From positions 3,674 through 67,673 of the forward strand of contig CAZIWH010000002.1 of assembly GCA_964542985.1 (NCBI GenBank): a DNA stretch of 64,000 nt, given 5' to 3'. Of this stretch, positions 35,245 through 45,368 are shown piece by piece. The DNA is from an uncultured Hyperthermus sp. (GTDB taxonomy: Archaea; Thermoproteota; Thermoprotei_A; Sulfolobales; Pyrodictiaceae). The notes beneath the pieces were generated by a model. That model ran no database searches, had not been told where the DNA came from, and was given only the letters and a program-made list of their open reading frames with translations. A program made the position numbers and the translations under genes. Numbering within the stretch: position 1 is the first letter of the stretch; the number at the start of each line of letters is the position of its first letter.

Positions 35245-36106
35245 CCCCGATAACATAGCCTGCGAGGTCTCCTAGGAAGGGGGGCGGCTCCGCTAGGCCC
35301 CCCTCCTCCACAGTCCTAACCACTTGGCCTAGCACCTCCCTGCGCCCTGTGAGCAAGCTTCTCCAACACCCGTTAGACAAGCCTCTAGGCGTGTAGGCCT
35401 CTAGCTCCCGCCCCGGCTCGGGAGCAGGGAGGCTGGCAGCCACGTAGGGATGGAGCACGAGGAGCCTAGTCTCCTTGGGTAGCCGCAGCGCCGCAGGGAT
35501 AGCAACGACTACGGCATCGTAGCCGGAGCCCGGCGAGGAGGAGGCGTGGAGCATGCGGCTGATACGGCCGCGGAGCCTCTTAGAGGTTACAAGCGTGTAG
35601 TCTATGCCCATGTCTGAGAGGAGGAGCGCAGTAGCCACGCCGTAGGCGCCAGCGCCTAGTACAAGCACCTTGCTGGCACCGTGGGCCGAGAGCCATCTGG
35701 TGGTGTCGCAGGCCAGGCTGAGAGGTAGGGAGAGGCTGGCCAACGGGCTCCTCGGGGCGGGCTCCAGGCAGCCGGCGGGATACACGGTGTAGTAGGCGAG
35801 CCAGCCATCGCAGCTGTAGCCGGGCAGGCAGCCGCAGAGCGCAGCGGGCGCCACGTAGCCCTGCAGCCCCGTCTCAGCCGCCTCCACCACTACTCCGGCG
35901 CCGCTATGCCCCATTGTTACACCGTACTCTGGCCAGAGCAGTCCCTGCCTCTCAGCCTCCTCGACGCCCGACCACAGCGCGTACTCGACGCGGATGAGCA
36001 CCCAGCCGCTGGGCAGCGGCGGCAGCGGCTCCTCGCTCGCCAGCTCCGGGCGCCCTCTCCACCTTAGCGCGGTGTTAAGGGGCTCCGAGGAGCAACACCT
36101 CCTCAA
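35216..36106 (-). CDS. Medium-chain dehydrogenase/reductase (MDR)-like oxidoreductase, atypical
   Basis: …GHSGAGVVVEA… and the Rossmann motif VLVLGAGAYGVATALLL. The structural Zn loop was not recognised. Confidence 0.45.
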   Translation of the reverse strand: MRRCCSSEPLNTALRWRGRPELASEEPLPPLPSGWVLIRVEYALWSGVEEAERQGLLWPEYGVTMGHSGAGVVVEAAETGLQGYVAPAALCGCLPGYSCDGWLAYYTVYPAGCLEPAPRSPLASLSLPLSLACDTTRWLSAHGASKVLVLGAGAYGVATALLLSDMGIDYTLVTSKRLRGRISRMLHASSSPGSGYDAVVVAIPAALRLPKETRLLVLHPYVAASLPAPEPGRELEAYTPRGLSNGCWRSLLTGRREVLGQVVRTVEEGGLAEPPPFLGDLAGYVIGVKAARRAPL

Positions 36107-36108
36107 GC

Positions 36109-37656
36109 CTACTGCGGCTCTATAGTTGACGGAGGCTTACTTGTGATAGCGTAGGTCACCATGGTGACGCCGGGAACCTCTCTCGCTATCCTACGGGCTA
36201 TACGGTCGAGAACCTCGTGAGGAAGCCTCACCCAGTCCGCAGTCATGCCGTCCTCGCTATCCACAACCCTGACCGTCACTATGTAGCCCTCCTCTCTCTT
36301 GTCGCCCTTAACCCCGACCCAGCGGTCGTCACCGACAACCGCGAAGGCTTGCCACACCTTCTCGTAGAGCCCAGCCCTCTCTATCTCCTCCTCCACTATC
36401 CTTGAGGCTGCGCGGACTATCCTCAGCTTCTCCTCGGTAACTTCTCCGATAATTCTCACAGCGAGTCCGGGCCCCGGGAAGGGATGCCGGTAGGCCAGCT
36501 TCCTAGGCAGGCCCAAGGCAAGCGCGAGCCTGCGGACCTCGTCCTTGTAGAGGTCGCGGAGCGGCTCCACCACCTCTAGGCTCAGCCAGTCGGGGAGTCC
36601 GCCGACGTTGTGGTGGCTCTTTATCCTGTCAGCCCCAGGCGCAGCCCCCGACTCTATGACGTCCGGGTAGAGGGTGCCCTGCGCCAAGTATCTAATCTCC
36701 GGATGCTTCTCCACGAACTCCGTGAAGACATGAGCGAACTCCTCGCCTATCCTCCTCCTCTTCTCCTCCGGATCCCTCACGCCGCGGAGGACGCGGAGGA
36801 ACCTTTCCCGTGCATCCACGACCACGGGTTCTATGCCGACGGAGCGCAGTAGCCTAGTGGTCTCCTCGACCTCGCCCTCTCTGAACAACCCGTGGTCAAC
36901 CAGGAGCGCTACGACGCGGTCACCACCAAGGGCGCGGGCGAGGAGCACAGTAGTTACTGTGGAGTCAACGCCGCCGCTCACAGCCACCAGGACCTTCCCG
37001 CTCCTTATCTTCCTCCGCAGTTCCTCTATTATCCTATCAACGAGGTTCTCAGGCCTCCACCAGGGCTCGGCCTCGGCTACCCTGGAGGCGAAGTTCTCAA
37101 GAAGCAGACTCCCTTTCGGCGTATGCGAGACTTCAGGGTGGAACTGCACACCATAGATCGGCGCACCGCCCGGCCCCTCAGCCCTGAAGGCGGCGACATA
37201 GCCGTTCTCCGATATCGCTAAGACATCCGCCCCCGGAGGGGGCTCCTTTACACAGTCGCCGTGACTCATCCACGCCTCTTCTCGGCGCCCCCAGCCTGCG
37301 AACAAAGGATCCCCGGGCTCAATCACCTCGACCACGGTGCGCCCGTACTCGCCGCAGCCGGTCTCAACCCTGCCCCCAAGCATCGTCGCGAGCAGCTGAA
37401 AGCCGTAGCAGATGCCTAGCATGGGCTTCCCGGTCTCAAGGACCCAGCGTGGTAGTCTAGGGGCTCCGGGGCTGTGGACGCTCGGAGGCCCCCCGGAGAG
37501 CACAAGCGCCTTAACCTCGGGGGCCGTGACGACCTCACTCGTCAACCGGTTGTAGGGCACAATCTCTGCGTAGAAGCCTCTCTCCCTCAGCCTCCTAGCT
37601 ATGAGGTGCATGTACTGCCCGCCGAAACCGATGACCAGTATCTTGTCGCGCGGCAC
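36109..37656 (-). CDS. guaA: GMP synthase (glutamine-hydrolysing), fused GATase + ATP-PPase
   Basis: ILVIGFGGQY…GICYGFQL…QFHPE (class I GATase), VAVSGGVDS (PP-loop) and a C-terminal dimerisation domain. GTG start. Confidence 0.95.
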   Translation of the reverse strand: MPRDKILVIGFGGQYMHLIARRLRERGFYAEIVPYNRLTSEVVTAPEVKALVLSGGPPSVHSPGAPRLPRWVLETGKPMLGICYGFQLLATMLGGRVETGCGEYGRTVVEVIEPGDPLFAGWGRREEAWMSHGDCVKEPPPGADVLAISENGYVAAFRAEGPGGAPIYGVQFHPEVSHTPKGSLLLENFASRVAEAEPWWRPENLVDRIIEELRRKIRSGKVLVAVSGGVDSTVTTVLLARALGGDRVVALLVDHGLFREGEVEETTRLLRSVGIEPVVVDARERFLRVLRGVRDPEEKRRRIGEEFAHVFTEFVEKHPEIRYLAQGTLYPDVIESGAAPGADRIKSHHNVGGLPDWLSLEVVEPLRDLYKDEVRRLALALGLPRKLAYRHPFPGPGLAVRIIGEVTEEKLRIVRAASRIVEEEIERAGLYEKVWQAFAVVGDDRWVGVKGDKREEGYIVTVRVVDSEDGMTADWVRLPHEVLDRIARRIAREVPGVTMVTYAITSKPPSTIEPQ

Positions 37657-37707
37657 CTCGCGCTGCCTCCCCCCAGGGCTGAGGCCTAGGGTTGGACGCT
37701 GCTCAGG

Positions 37708-37713
37708 TTATAT
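37708..37713. promoter_or_regulatory. Shared TATA element (TTATAT/ATATAA) between divergent guaA and guaB
   Basis: Its centre is about 23 nt before the guaB ATG at 37733, consistent with a leaderless transcript. It lies 52 nt upstream of the guaA GTG at 37656, with GGGGGGAGG in between. Confidence 0.5.
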
Positions 37714-37732
37714 CCCCCTGCCCCCAGGGGCT

Positions 37733-39178
37733 ATGTGCACCCAAAGAGCCATTCGAGAGGTAAGCCCAGCCTTGGACGTGGGAAAGTTCCCCCACGCTCT
37801 TAGCTTCGACGACGTTGTCCTCCTGCCCGGTAGGAGCCGGCTGGAGCCCTGGCAAGTAGACATAACCGGCAAGGCCAGCCGCCACGTAGCCCTCCACGTT
37901 CCCCTCCTAGCGGCACCAATGGACACGGTCTCTGAATGGAGGCTTGCCGTAACGTTAGCTCTCCTAGGAGGTATGGCCGTGATACACCGCAACATGAGCA
38001 GGGAGGAGCAGCTAAGCCACGTAGAGAGGGTCAAGAGTCACCCTGTGATAGAACTCAGCAGCATATACATGGCCTCGCTTGACGAATGCTGTCGTGCACG
38101 CGACCTCCTCCGCTCCCTCGGAATCAGGGAGGCCCCTGTCGTGGACGGCGGTAAGGTTGTTGGGTGGGTGAGGCTCACAAGCCTCCTCTCCTGCAGCTGC
38201 GGCACCCCCGTGGCGAAGCACATGGAGCCCCCGAGGCACGTCTATGAGGCCGACAACGCTGAGGAAGCTAGGAAGCTCATCCTCGGAGGCGGCGCCGATG
38301 CAGCAGCAATCACGGTCTCAGGCGTCTACCTGGGCACAGTGACCGTCCATGAGGCGCTTGCCGACTACCAGCCGCTGCTCGATGAGGAGGGGAGACTCCG
38401 CGTAGCTGCCGCCATCTCGCCATTTGACATCGAGAGGGCGAGGCTCCTCGGCAAGCATGTAGACGTACTGGTAACAGATGTTGCTCACTTCCACAACGAC
38501 AACGTCCTTCGAGCGACGAAGAGGATAGCAAAGGAGACCACAGCAGACCTCGTGGTAGGCAACCTGGGCACAGTCGAGGGGGTAATAGACGCGTTTACTG
38601 TAGTCGAGAAAGTCGACGGGCTACGCATGGGCATAGCCGGGGGCAACATCTGCACTACGAGTGGCGTAGCGGGCGTCGCGTCGCCCACACTCTACGCGGT
38701 AATGCAGGCCAGGGAGGCCCTCAGACAGCTAGGCGTGAGCCCGGAGGAGGCACCTATCATAGCCGATGGTGGTATACGCGGCAGCGGCGACGCGGTGAAG
38801 GCGCTGGCGGCTGGAGCCTACGCGGTGATGGCGGGCTACTTGCTCGCGGGCACCGATGAGGCAGCGGCCCCGCCCATAAGGATAGGCGGTGCACTCTACA
38901 AGCCTTACCGTGGCATGGCGAGCCGCGGTGCACTCGAACGCAGGCACGCGGCAGACCGCTACAGCAGGGTGTCGAAGAAAGTTGAGGAGGGCATAGAAGG
39001 CCTTGTGCCCTACAAGGGACCCCTACGACGCGTCGTAGAGGAGTTCGTCGAGGGCCTCCGAGCAGGACTAGGCTACGCAGGTGCAGCAAGCATACCGGAA
39101 TTGTGGCGCGGTGCACGCTTCGCAAGAATATCGAGCAGGATAGGAGCATTCACTGGCACCGTCAAGACCAGGGCCTAG
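37733..39178 (+). CDS. guaB: IMP dehydrogenase with CBS subdomain
   Basis: …ALSFDDVVLLPG…PLLAAPMDTV…GIAGGNICTT (catalytic Cys)…IADGGIR…YRGMAS… The start is set at ATG 37733. The track ORF from 37601 overlaps guaA. Confidence 0.9.
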   Translation: MCTQRAIREVSPALDVGKFPHALSFDDVVLLPGRSRLEPWQVDITGKASRHVALHVPLLAAPMDTVSEWRLAVTLALLGGMAVIHRNMSREEQLSHVERVKSHPVIELSSIYMASLDECCRARDLLRSLGIREAPVVDGGKVVGWVRLTSLLSCSCGTPVAKHMEPPRHVYEADNAEEARKLILGGGADAAAITVSGVYLGTVTVHEALADYQPLLDEEGRLRVAAAISPFDIERARLLGKHVDVLVTDVAHFHNDNVLRATKRIAKETTADLVVGNLGTVEGVIDAFTVVEKVDGLRMGIAGGNICTTSGVAGVASPTLYAVMQAREALRQLGVSPEEAPIIADGGIRGSGDAVKALAAGAYAVMAGYLLAGTDEAAAPPIRIGGALYKPYRGMASRGALERRHAADRYSRVSKKVEEGIEGLVPYKGPLRRVVEEFVEGLRAGLGYAGAASIPELWRGARFARISSRIGAFTGTVKTRA

Positions 39179-39246
39179 CCCCTCTTGGTCGGGGAGCTGT
39201 TTTTCAACCACCTTTAGGCAGCAGATAGGAGAGGTGTTCCTATCCC

Positions 39247-40068
39247 TTGGCGAAGATTCTCCCCTCCACAAGGCTCCTCCCAGCTAACCCCATAAGGGCT
39301 GTTGATCTTCTCGCCTCGGCGGGGTTTAGTGAGATAGAGGTCAACTATGCCAGCTTTGAAAGAAGTAATGTAGACTACCCCTCGCTGCCCAACTGGCTGC
39401 GCCTGGTTCTCTTGGAGGCACTGCGCCTCGGCGTCTCAGTGCCGGTCGTTCACGGCCCCTGGGAGGACTACTTCCTCCCATACCTAGGCCGTGGTGTGGA
39501 AGCTGCGGTCTCGGAGGCGCTACTGCTCGCGGAGATATCCCACGGCTACGGCGTTGAGATCCTGGTGCTCCATCCATTTTCCGCCAGGAGGTTGGGCGCG
39601 GGTCGGGCGACGTGGATAAACAAGCGGTTCTTCGCTATACTTGCAGAGAGGCTCGAGGCCGAGGAGCTGGGCTTAAGGATAGCTGTGGAGAACACGTCGC
39701 GGGAGCCTCCATGGAACAATATCTCGGAGACACGTGGGCTTGTGGAGGCGGTGGCCTCTGAAAAGATTGGAATGTGTCTAGACTTCGGCCATGCGGGGAT
39801 AAACGGTTACACCCCGGGCGCAGCGCTCAAGGAGGCGGCTGGCAGGGAGATATGTATCCATCTCCACGATAACCATGGCAGAGCTGATGAGCACCTCCCG
39901 CCGGGCTGCGGGAGTCTAGACTGGAGCAGCCTCGCCGAGGCTCCGAAAACCAGGGCCACGTACATAGTGTTGGAGAGCGACTGTAGTGGAGGCACGAGGA
40001 ACTGCCTAGCTAGACTGCGCTCGGCCGCGGTTTCGGCCAAGGTGCTGCTAGAGCCTGTTCTCCCTTAG
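39247..40068 (+). CDS. Xylose-isomerase-like TIM-barrel protein (sugar phosphate isomerase/epimerase / AP endonuclease 2 fold)
   Basis: …GFSEIEV…VVHGP…LVLHP…IAVENT…LDFGHA…HLHDN… is the ladder of metal-binding strands. Confidence 0.65.
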   Translation: MAKILPSTRLLPANPIRAVDLLASAGFSEIEVNYASFERSNVDYPSLPNWLRLVLLEALRLGVSVPVVHGPWEDYFLPYLGRGVEAAVSEALLLAEISHGYGVEILVLHPFSARRLGAGRATWINKRFFAILAERLEAEELGLRIAVENTSREPPWNNISETRGLVEAVASEKIGMCLDFGHAGINGYTPGAALKEAAGREICIHLHDNHGRADEHLPPGCGSLDWSSLAEAPKTRATYIVLESDCSGGTRNCLARLRSAAVSAKVLLEPVLP

Positions 40069-40878
40069 GCTCTCCTCTATCTCTCTTGCAAGCGTCCTAG
40101 CCCTAGCCGTAGCCTTCTCAACTGCATCTATTATAGCAGCCTTCATTCCCCTAGCCTCAATAACCTTAAGAGCCCTTATCGTAGTGCCACCCGGCGTGGT
40201 AACCTCGTCACGAAGTACCGCTGGGTGCTCCGGCTTGGCGCGGAGCAGCTCAGCTGTCCCTATCAACGTCTGGAGGATTGCATCATAGGCTAGCTCCCTC
40301 GGTATACCCACCGCCAGTGCGCCGAGCAATAGCGCATCTATCAGCTCGGCTATCATCGCGGGCCCCGAGCCCGCGACCGCGGTCCACGCGTCTATCAGCT
40401 GTTCTGGTATCTCATAGACCCTCCCTACGCAGGTGAACAGGGAGACCACTAGGTCGCGGAACCGTGCTTCTTCAGGCACAACCAGGCCCGTGGCGCTGCG
40501 CTTCACAGCCGCGTTAAGGTTAGGCATTGCGCGGTAAACCTCCGCGCCTCTAAGCGTTGAGCGAAGAATGCGCGTAGTAACCCCGGCCATAACTGAGACG
40601 ACTGGTTTACCATTAACGGCTTCACCAATCTCTCGGGCAAGCACGGGGTACTGGTACGGCTTCACGGAGATAACCACAACCTGAGCCTTCTCCACAGCGG
40701 CCCGGTTATCCCTCGTAGCCTCGAAGCCCATCATACGCAGCCTTTCTATGTGCTCCCTGCTCCGCGCCGTCGCGACAACCCTGGCACCGCAGTCCCTAAA
40801 GCCTAAAGCAAGTATGGAGCCTATCTTTCCAGCACCGAGCACAGCAACCGATATGCCCTTGAGCCTATCCAAGGCCAT
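40048..40878 (-). CDS. proC: Pyrroline-5-carboxylate reductase
   Basis: VAVLGAGKIGSIL Rossmann motif and the C-terminal …EVTTPGGTTIRALKVIEARGMKAAIIDAVEKA… Start at ATG 40878 (MALDRLKG…). Confidence 0.85.
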   Translation of the reverse strand: MALDRLKGISVAVLGAGKIGSILALGFRDCGARVVATARSREHIERLRMMGFEATRDNRAAVEKAQVVVISVKPYQYPVLAREIGEAVNGKPVVSVMAGVTTRILRSTLRGAEVYRAMPNLNAAVKRSATGLVVPEEARFRDLVVSLFTCVGRVYEIPEQLIDAWTAVAGSGPAMIAELIDALLLGALAVGIPRELAYDAILQTLIGTAELLRAKPEHPAVLRDEVTTPGGTTIRALKVIEARGMKAAIIDAVEKATARARTLAREIEESLRENRL

Positions 40879-41020
40879 CAGACCGGGGCTTGTGCCCTCA
40901 CAGGAGTGGAGAAAACAGTAACGGGGGGCCTCGGCTTTGAAACACCTCCTCATAGCCCCGACGGCGGGGCTCTCTAGGGGTTCACGGCCCTCCTCACGGG
41001 CCCCTTCCCGGTGTGCTACT

Positions 41021-42418
41021 CTACTCGGGCGTGATAACGTAGTCTGTGTCGCGGTACAGTACTATGTAGAGCGTCGCGGCCACTATTATTAGTGATAGCA
41101 AAGCTATAGCCCTGAGCAGAGGTGTTGGATTAGAATACTTGGTTAAGTGCACGCTGGTGCTTAGCTGCACAATGGAGTGCAGCATGACTGCGGCATTTAG
41201 GCTGGCCTGAACTAATACTCCCGCTGCACTATATACCAGGCTGAGCCGCTTCGGTATAACAGTCACGATTATGCCGCTGTAGAACGTCTGTGGAATGTAT
41301 ACCTTTGTGGGTTCCAGGAGCGGCGGCGTTAAGATTATCCTCGTGTCCCTTAAGTCAGGGCGATAGAAGAGCCCATACTTGTCCAGCAAGGCTACTACTA
41401 TCCTTGCAGGTGCGTCAGCTGTTGCCTCTAAGATGGGTTGGGCGTGGAAGCCTGTGAATGATACGAAAGCAGAATCTACGCCAGTCACGCCAGCGGCGCT
41501 CCATTTTATGACGTAGCTTCCAATATAGCTCTGTACGTGGTACGTATACGCATATGCGAACGCTGTTGAAGCTAATAGTATCGCTGATAGCAATGTAAAG
41601 GCGACCTTGATGCCGGGGGACAATCCACGGCGGTGGAGAGGGTAGCCAAACACAATTATGTCGAAGAGTCTTCTTGCCTGGCTCATTATACGCAGCTTGG
41701 CGATCCTCTCCTCATTGACTATTAGCGGTAGTACTGCTATGCCGGTTAAGAAGCCGCCGACGTGGGCGAAGAATGCGACACTGCTGTTGAGAGCAAAGTA
41801 GCCCTCCATAACTTGTAAGGCGAACCAGAAGAGAATCCAGTATGCTGCTAGTAGTTCGAAGCACACTGGTATGAAGAACAAGAAGAAGCAGGCGACAAGC
41901 CTGGTGCCCGGGTAGAGTAGCATGTATGCGCCTAGCACACCGCTAATGGCTCCGCTTGCGCCGACACTGGGTACTGCAAGGTCTGCCGGGCTCTGAAGAT
42001 ATATAAATAGGGTGTGGAAGAGGGCAGCCATTATACCGCTCACAATGTAGAGTAGCAGGAACCTCAAGTGGCCAAGAGTGCGCTCCACAGCTCTGCCGAA
42101 GATGTAGAGGAAGTAGAGGTTAAAGAATATGTGGAATAGGTTCGCGTGCGTGAACATTGCTGTGAATATTGTGTAGAAGCTGCTAGGGTCTACGAGCAGC
42201 TTGGCAGGAACAAAGCCCAGCTTTGCTATCCAGTCCACCGTAGATTTTATGAAGCCTGTGCTGGCAGAGGTCACGGCATAGACCGCTATGTTAATCAATA
42301 TTATAGCATAGAGTACGTAGGGTCTCTCATGCCCTCCTATGGGTTCCTCTTCGGTGCCTAGTACTATCTCACGGGTAAACCCTCTACCGGGCCGCCACTC
42401 CAATGCTGCTCCTCCCAA
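41021..42418 (-). CDS. Rhomboid intramembrane serine protease with an about 220-aa C-terminal extension
   Basis: …FTHANLFHIFFN…, GASGAISG (catalytic Ser) and AHVGGFLTG (catalytic His). These are followed by an extra TM, a domain of about 150 aa and a final TM. Confidence 0.85.
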   Translation of the reverse strand: MGGAALEWRPGRGFTREIVLGTEEEPIGGHERPYVLYAIILINIAVYAVTSASTGFIKSTVDWIAKLGFVPAKLLVDPSSFYTIFTAMFTHANLFHIFFNLYFLYIFGRAVERTLGHLRFLLLYIVSGIMAALFHTLFIYLQSPADLAVPSVGASGAISGVLGAYMLLYPGTRLVACFFLFFIPVCFELLAAYWILFWFALQVMEGYFALNSSVAFFAHVGGFLTGIAVLPLIVNEERIAKLRIMSQARRLFDIIVFGYPLHRRGLSPGIKVAFTLLSAILLASTAFAYAYTYHVQSYIGSYVIKWSAAGVTGVDSAFVSFTGFHAQPILEATADAPARIVVALLDKYGLFYRPDLRDTRIILTPPLLEPTKVYIPQTFYSGIIVTVIPKRLSLVYSAAGVLVQASLNAAVMLHSIVQLSTSVHLTKYSNPTPLLRAIALLSLIIVAATLYIVLYRDTDYVITPE

Positions 42419-42472
42419 GGAGACCGTAGCTTCGCTTAAGGAGCGGCCTACTTATCCAAAGCTCCCTCAGTT

Positions 42473-43957
42473 TTGTGCGCCGAAACCCTAGATATCCGGC
42501 GGCGTAGGGAGATTGGGCCTATGAGTTTGAGGAGAAAGCTGCTCCCACATTGTGTCCACCATTTTGGGTTTGAGGTGGATACCTTGAGTGCAGAAATGAG
42601 AAATCTATTAGAAAAGCTAGTAGCTCGCGCCTCTAGGCTTATCGGTGGCTTCGTTGAGGTAAGGATAGAGGAGCGTAGGACGACGACGATAGAGATGCGT
42701 GACGGCGTGGTAACGACGTCCTACGGCATAGACCGTGGTGCGGCGGTGAGGGTCTACATAGACGGCTCAATAGGCTTCGCCTACACCACTAGGCTTAGCT
42801 TTGATGCCCTGGACTCTGCTCTACGTCGGGCTCTGAGTATGGCCAGAGCGGTGCACGGCAAGTTGCCCAAGCCCCTTGAAATGGGTTCTATGGATGCCTA
42901 CCATGTGACACCGGTTAAGCGTAGTATCGAGGATGTATCTATAGATGCGAAAATAGGTGATGTAGTCGAGCTAGACAAACTACTAGCAAAGGGAGCTAAG
43001 TCCAGGACTATAGTGTACAGGGAGGCTGTCGAGGAGAAGCTTTACGCGAGCACTGAAGACCGCTACCTCGGGGAGAGGAGAGAACTCGCCTACCTCTACG
43101 TCTCCGTCTACGCCGAGGAGGCGGGCGTCCGCGCAAGCGCCCACATAAACAACGGCACGATAAGCGGCTACATGTTGTGGAAGAAGATGAGCCAGCAAGA
43201 GGTAGCCGATAAGCTGCTCTCCAGGCTGCGCGCCCAGCTACACGCTAAGGCACCTAAGGCAGGCAACTTCCCCGTGGTGCTAGCTCCCGAGGCGTTGGGT
43301 GTCTTCGTGCATGAGGCGTTCGGCCACCTGGCTGAGGCGGACCTGGTTGTCGCCGGGAGCGTCTTGAGAGGCAAGAAGGGTCAGCAGGTGGCATCGCCTC
43401 TCGTGACTATAGTTGACGACCCTGGGATAGAGGACGGTTTCGGCACAATAAGGTTTGACGACGAGGGTGTGAAGACGGCCAGGGCAGTTATAGTGGAGAA
43501 GGGTATACACAAGCAGGTGATGACGGACAGGCTGCACGCAACGATGCTCGGCGAACCGCCGACGGGCAACGCGAGGGCAGAATCCTACCGCTACCAGCCC
43601 CTAGTAAGGATGAGGAACACCGTTATGCTCCCGGGCGAGCACAGCGTCGACGAGGTGTTTGAGGGCATAAAGTTCGGCTACTACGTCGTCTCCACCGGCG
43701 GTGGCCAGACGAACCTTGACGGTAGCTTCCAGGTAGGCATAGAAGAGGCCTACGAGATAGTTAATGGCGAGATAGGCTCACCGGTACGCGGGCTAAGCAT
43801 AGCCGGTAACACACTAGACACGCTGAGAAAGATAGACCGCGTAGCCAAGGACTTCAAGCTATTCTACGGGCACTGTGGCAAGGGACAAGTAGTACCCGTC
43901 TCCGACGGCGGCCCCCACGTAAGGGTCTCCTCGATGACCGTCGGGGGGTCAGCCTAA
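42473..43957 (+). CDS. tldD: TldD (peptidase U62) metalloprotease
   Basis: HEAFGHLAEAD (HExxxH) and a C-terminal …GHCGKGQ…VSDGGP… motif. The true start is probably an internal ATG (MSLRR… or MRNLLEK…). Confidence 0.85.
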   Translation: MCAETLDIRRRREIGPMSLRRKLLPHCVHHFGFEVDTLSAEMRNLLEKLVARASRLIGGFVEVRIEERRTTTIEMRDGVVTTSYGIDRGAAVRVYIDGSIGFAYTTRLSFDALDSALRRALSMARAVHGKLPKPLEMGSMDAYHVTPVKRSIEDVSIDAKIGDVVELDKLLAKGAKSRTIVYREAVEEKLYASTEDRYLGERRELAYLYVSVYAEEAGVRASAHINNGTISGYMLWKKMSQQEVADKLLSRLRAQLHAKAPKAGNFPVVLAPEALGVFVHEAFGHLAEADLVVAGSVLRGKKGQQVASPLVTIVDDPGIEDGFGTIRFDDEGVKTARAVIVEKGIHKQVMTDRLHATMLGEPPTGNARAESYRYQPLVRMRNTVMLPGEHSVDEVFEGIKFGYYVVSTGGGQTNLDGSFQVGIEEAYEIVNGEIGSPVRGLSIAGNTLDTLRKIDRVAKDFKLFYGHCGKGQVVPVSDGGPHVRVSSMTVGGSA

Positions 43958-44006
43958 CTTCCACCTGAACCGCATACGCTTGTGATTGAAATAGAGGTGG
44001 ATACAC

Positions 44007-45368
44007 ATGGTTCCCCGTGTATCCCCTATAGAGCTAGCCGTCATGGCTGTCCGCGCTGCGATGAGGGAGGGAGCCACAGAGGCCGAGGCATTTGTCACCA
44101 GGAGGAGGGGCTACAGCGTCTCTATACTCGCCGGACGCATAAAGGGCCTAGAGTCTATGGATGAGGCGGGTGTAGGCATAAGGGTCGCTGTGGGCAAGAG
44201 GGTGGGCTTTGCCTACGCCACCGGCCTGGATACCGAGGCTGCGAGGCGCGCTGCGAGGGCTGCAGTCAAGCAGGCCAGGGCTTCCCCTGAGGACCCATAC
44301 TGGCCGGGTCTCCCGGAGCCTCCGGAGCGCTATCCTGAGCCCAGCGGGGTCTATGGGGACGGCGTGGCTAGGGCCTCGCCGGAGTCCATAGTTGAGGATG
44401 CCAAGGTGCTCATAGGCCATGTTGCTGCCAGGGAGGGGGTGCAGCTGAGCAGAGCAAGCATAGGCGTCTCGGTATTCGAAGAGGCCATAGCTAATAGTAA
44501 CGGCGTCTATGCCGTAGAGATGGGTACCTATGCCTCCGTAATGGTTTCAATCGTTGTTCAGAAGAATGGTCTCACAACCCCCGCTGTGTTCGAGTTCGAG
44601 TCGAGTAGGGTGGCAGTACCCGACGTCACAGCTGTGGCGAACCGTGCGGTGGAGAAGGCGCTGCTGGCAACCAAGGTCGTGAAGGGCCTACAGCCCGGCA
44701 GGTACACAGTAGTTTACCAGCCGCAAGTGCTAGCGGAGCTCCTCGACTACACGGTGCTCTCGTCCCTCAACGGCGAGAACGTGGTTCGCGGCCGCAGCTA
44801 CTACGTTGGCAAGACCGGCGGGAAGGTCATGGACGAGAGGATAACAATAATTGACGACGGGCTTCTGAAGGGAGGCGATAGCACAGGCAGGTTCGATGGA
44901 GAAGGAGTGCCCATGCAGACCACGGTGCTGGTTGAGAAGGGTGTGCTCCGCGGATTCATCTACGACAACTACTGGGCCAGCCGCGTCGGGACAAGGAGCA
45001 CCGGCAACGCAGTGAGGAGCGGATACAGCAGCAGGCCGCGCCCAGGCTTCACTAATATAGTGATACCGGGCGGCGACGCCGGCCCCGAGGAGCTATACGA
45101 GGGAAGAGTGCTCGTCATCTATCAGGTTCAGGGTGCCCACACAGCGAATCCCGAGACCGGTGAGTACAGTGTGCTGGCGAACCCGGCGATACTCTATGAG
45201 AACGGTGAGCCTAAGGGATGGGTGCCCGGCTTAGTGCTAGCAGGGAACCTCTACAAGGAGCTGGCGGAGAACGTTGAGGCAATAAGCAAGTGGACCGAGA
45301 AGCCCTACCCCGGCGCAGTGCTGCCAGCCATGAGGCTCCGCGGTGTCTCAGCCGCGCCCAGAGGCTAG
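44007..45368 (+). CDS. pmbA: PmbA/TldE partner of TldD (peptidase U62)
   Basis: U62-fold paralogue lacking HExxxH, placed immediately downstream of tldD. …RFDGEGVPMQ…TGNA…PGFTN…. Confidence 0.8.
   Translation: MVPRVSPIELAVMAVRAAMREGATEAEAFVTRRRGYSVSILAGRIKGLESMDEAGVGIRVAVGKRVGFAYATGLDTEAARRAARAAVKQARASPEDPYWPGLPEPPERYPEPSGVYGDGVARASPESIVEDAKVLIGHVAAREGVQLSRASIGVSVFEEAIANSNGVYAVEMGTYASVMVSIVVQKNGLTTPAVFEFESSRVAVPDVTAVANRAVEKALLATKVVKGLQPGRYTVVYQPQVLAELLDYTVLSSLNGENVVRGRSYYVGKTGGKVMDERITIIDDGLLKGGDSTGRFDGEGVPMQTTVLVEKGVLRGFIYDNYWASRVGTRSTGNAVRSGYSSRPRPGFTNIVIPGGDAGPEELYEGRVLVIYQVQGAHTANPETGEYSVLANPAILYENGEPKGWVPGLVLAGNLYKELAENVEAISKWTEKPYPGAVLPAMRLRGVSAAPRG

Noticed and set aside
37601-37732. 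N-terminal extensions of track ORFs: guaB from 37601, DUF359 from 18000, tmk from 58624, AMMECR1 from 60938, proC from 40953 and hel308 from 52101.
   Set aside because: The extensions overlap neighbouring genes or promoters and do not match the family N-termini. Internal starts fit the conserved N-termini and the TATA/SD spacing.
42472-42475. Apparent 1-nt discrepancy between my manual position count and the track coordinate for the tldD start codon (TTG).
   Set aside because: This is most likely my counting error within the printed blocks. The reading frame and product are unambiguous, so I kept the track coordinates.
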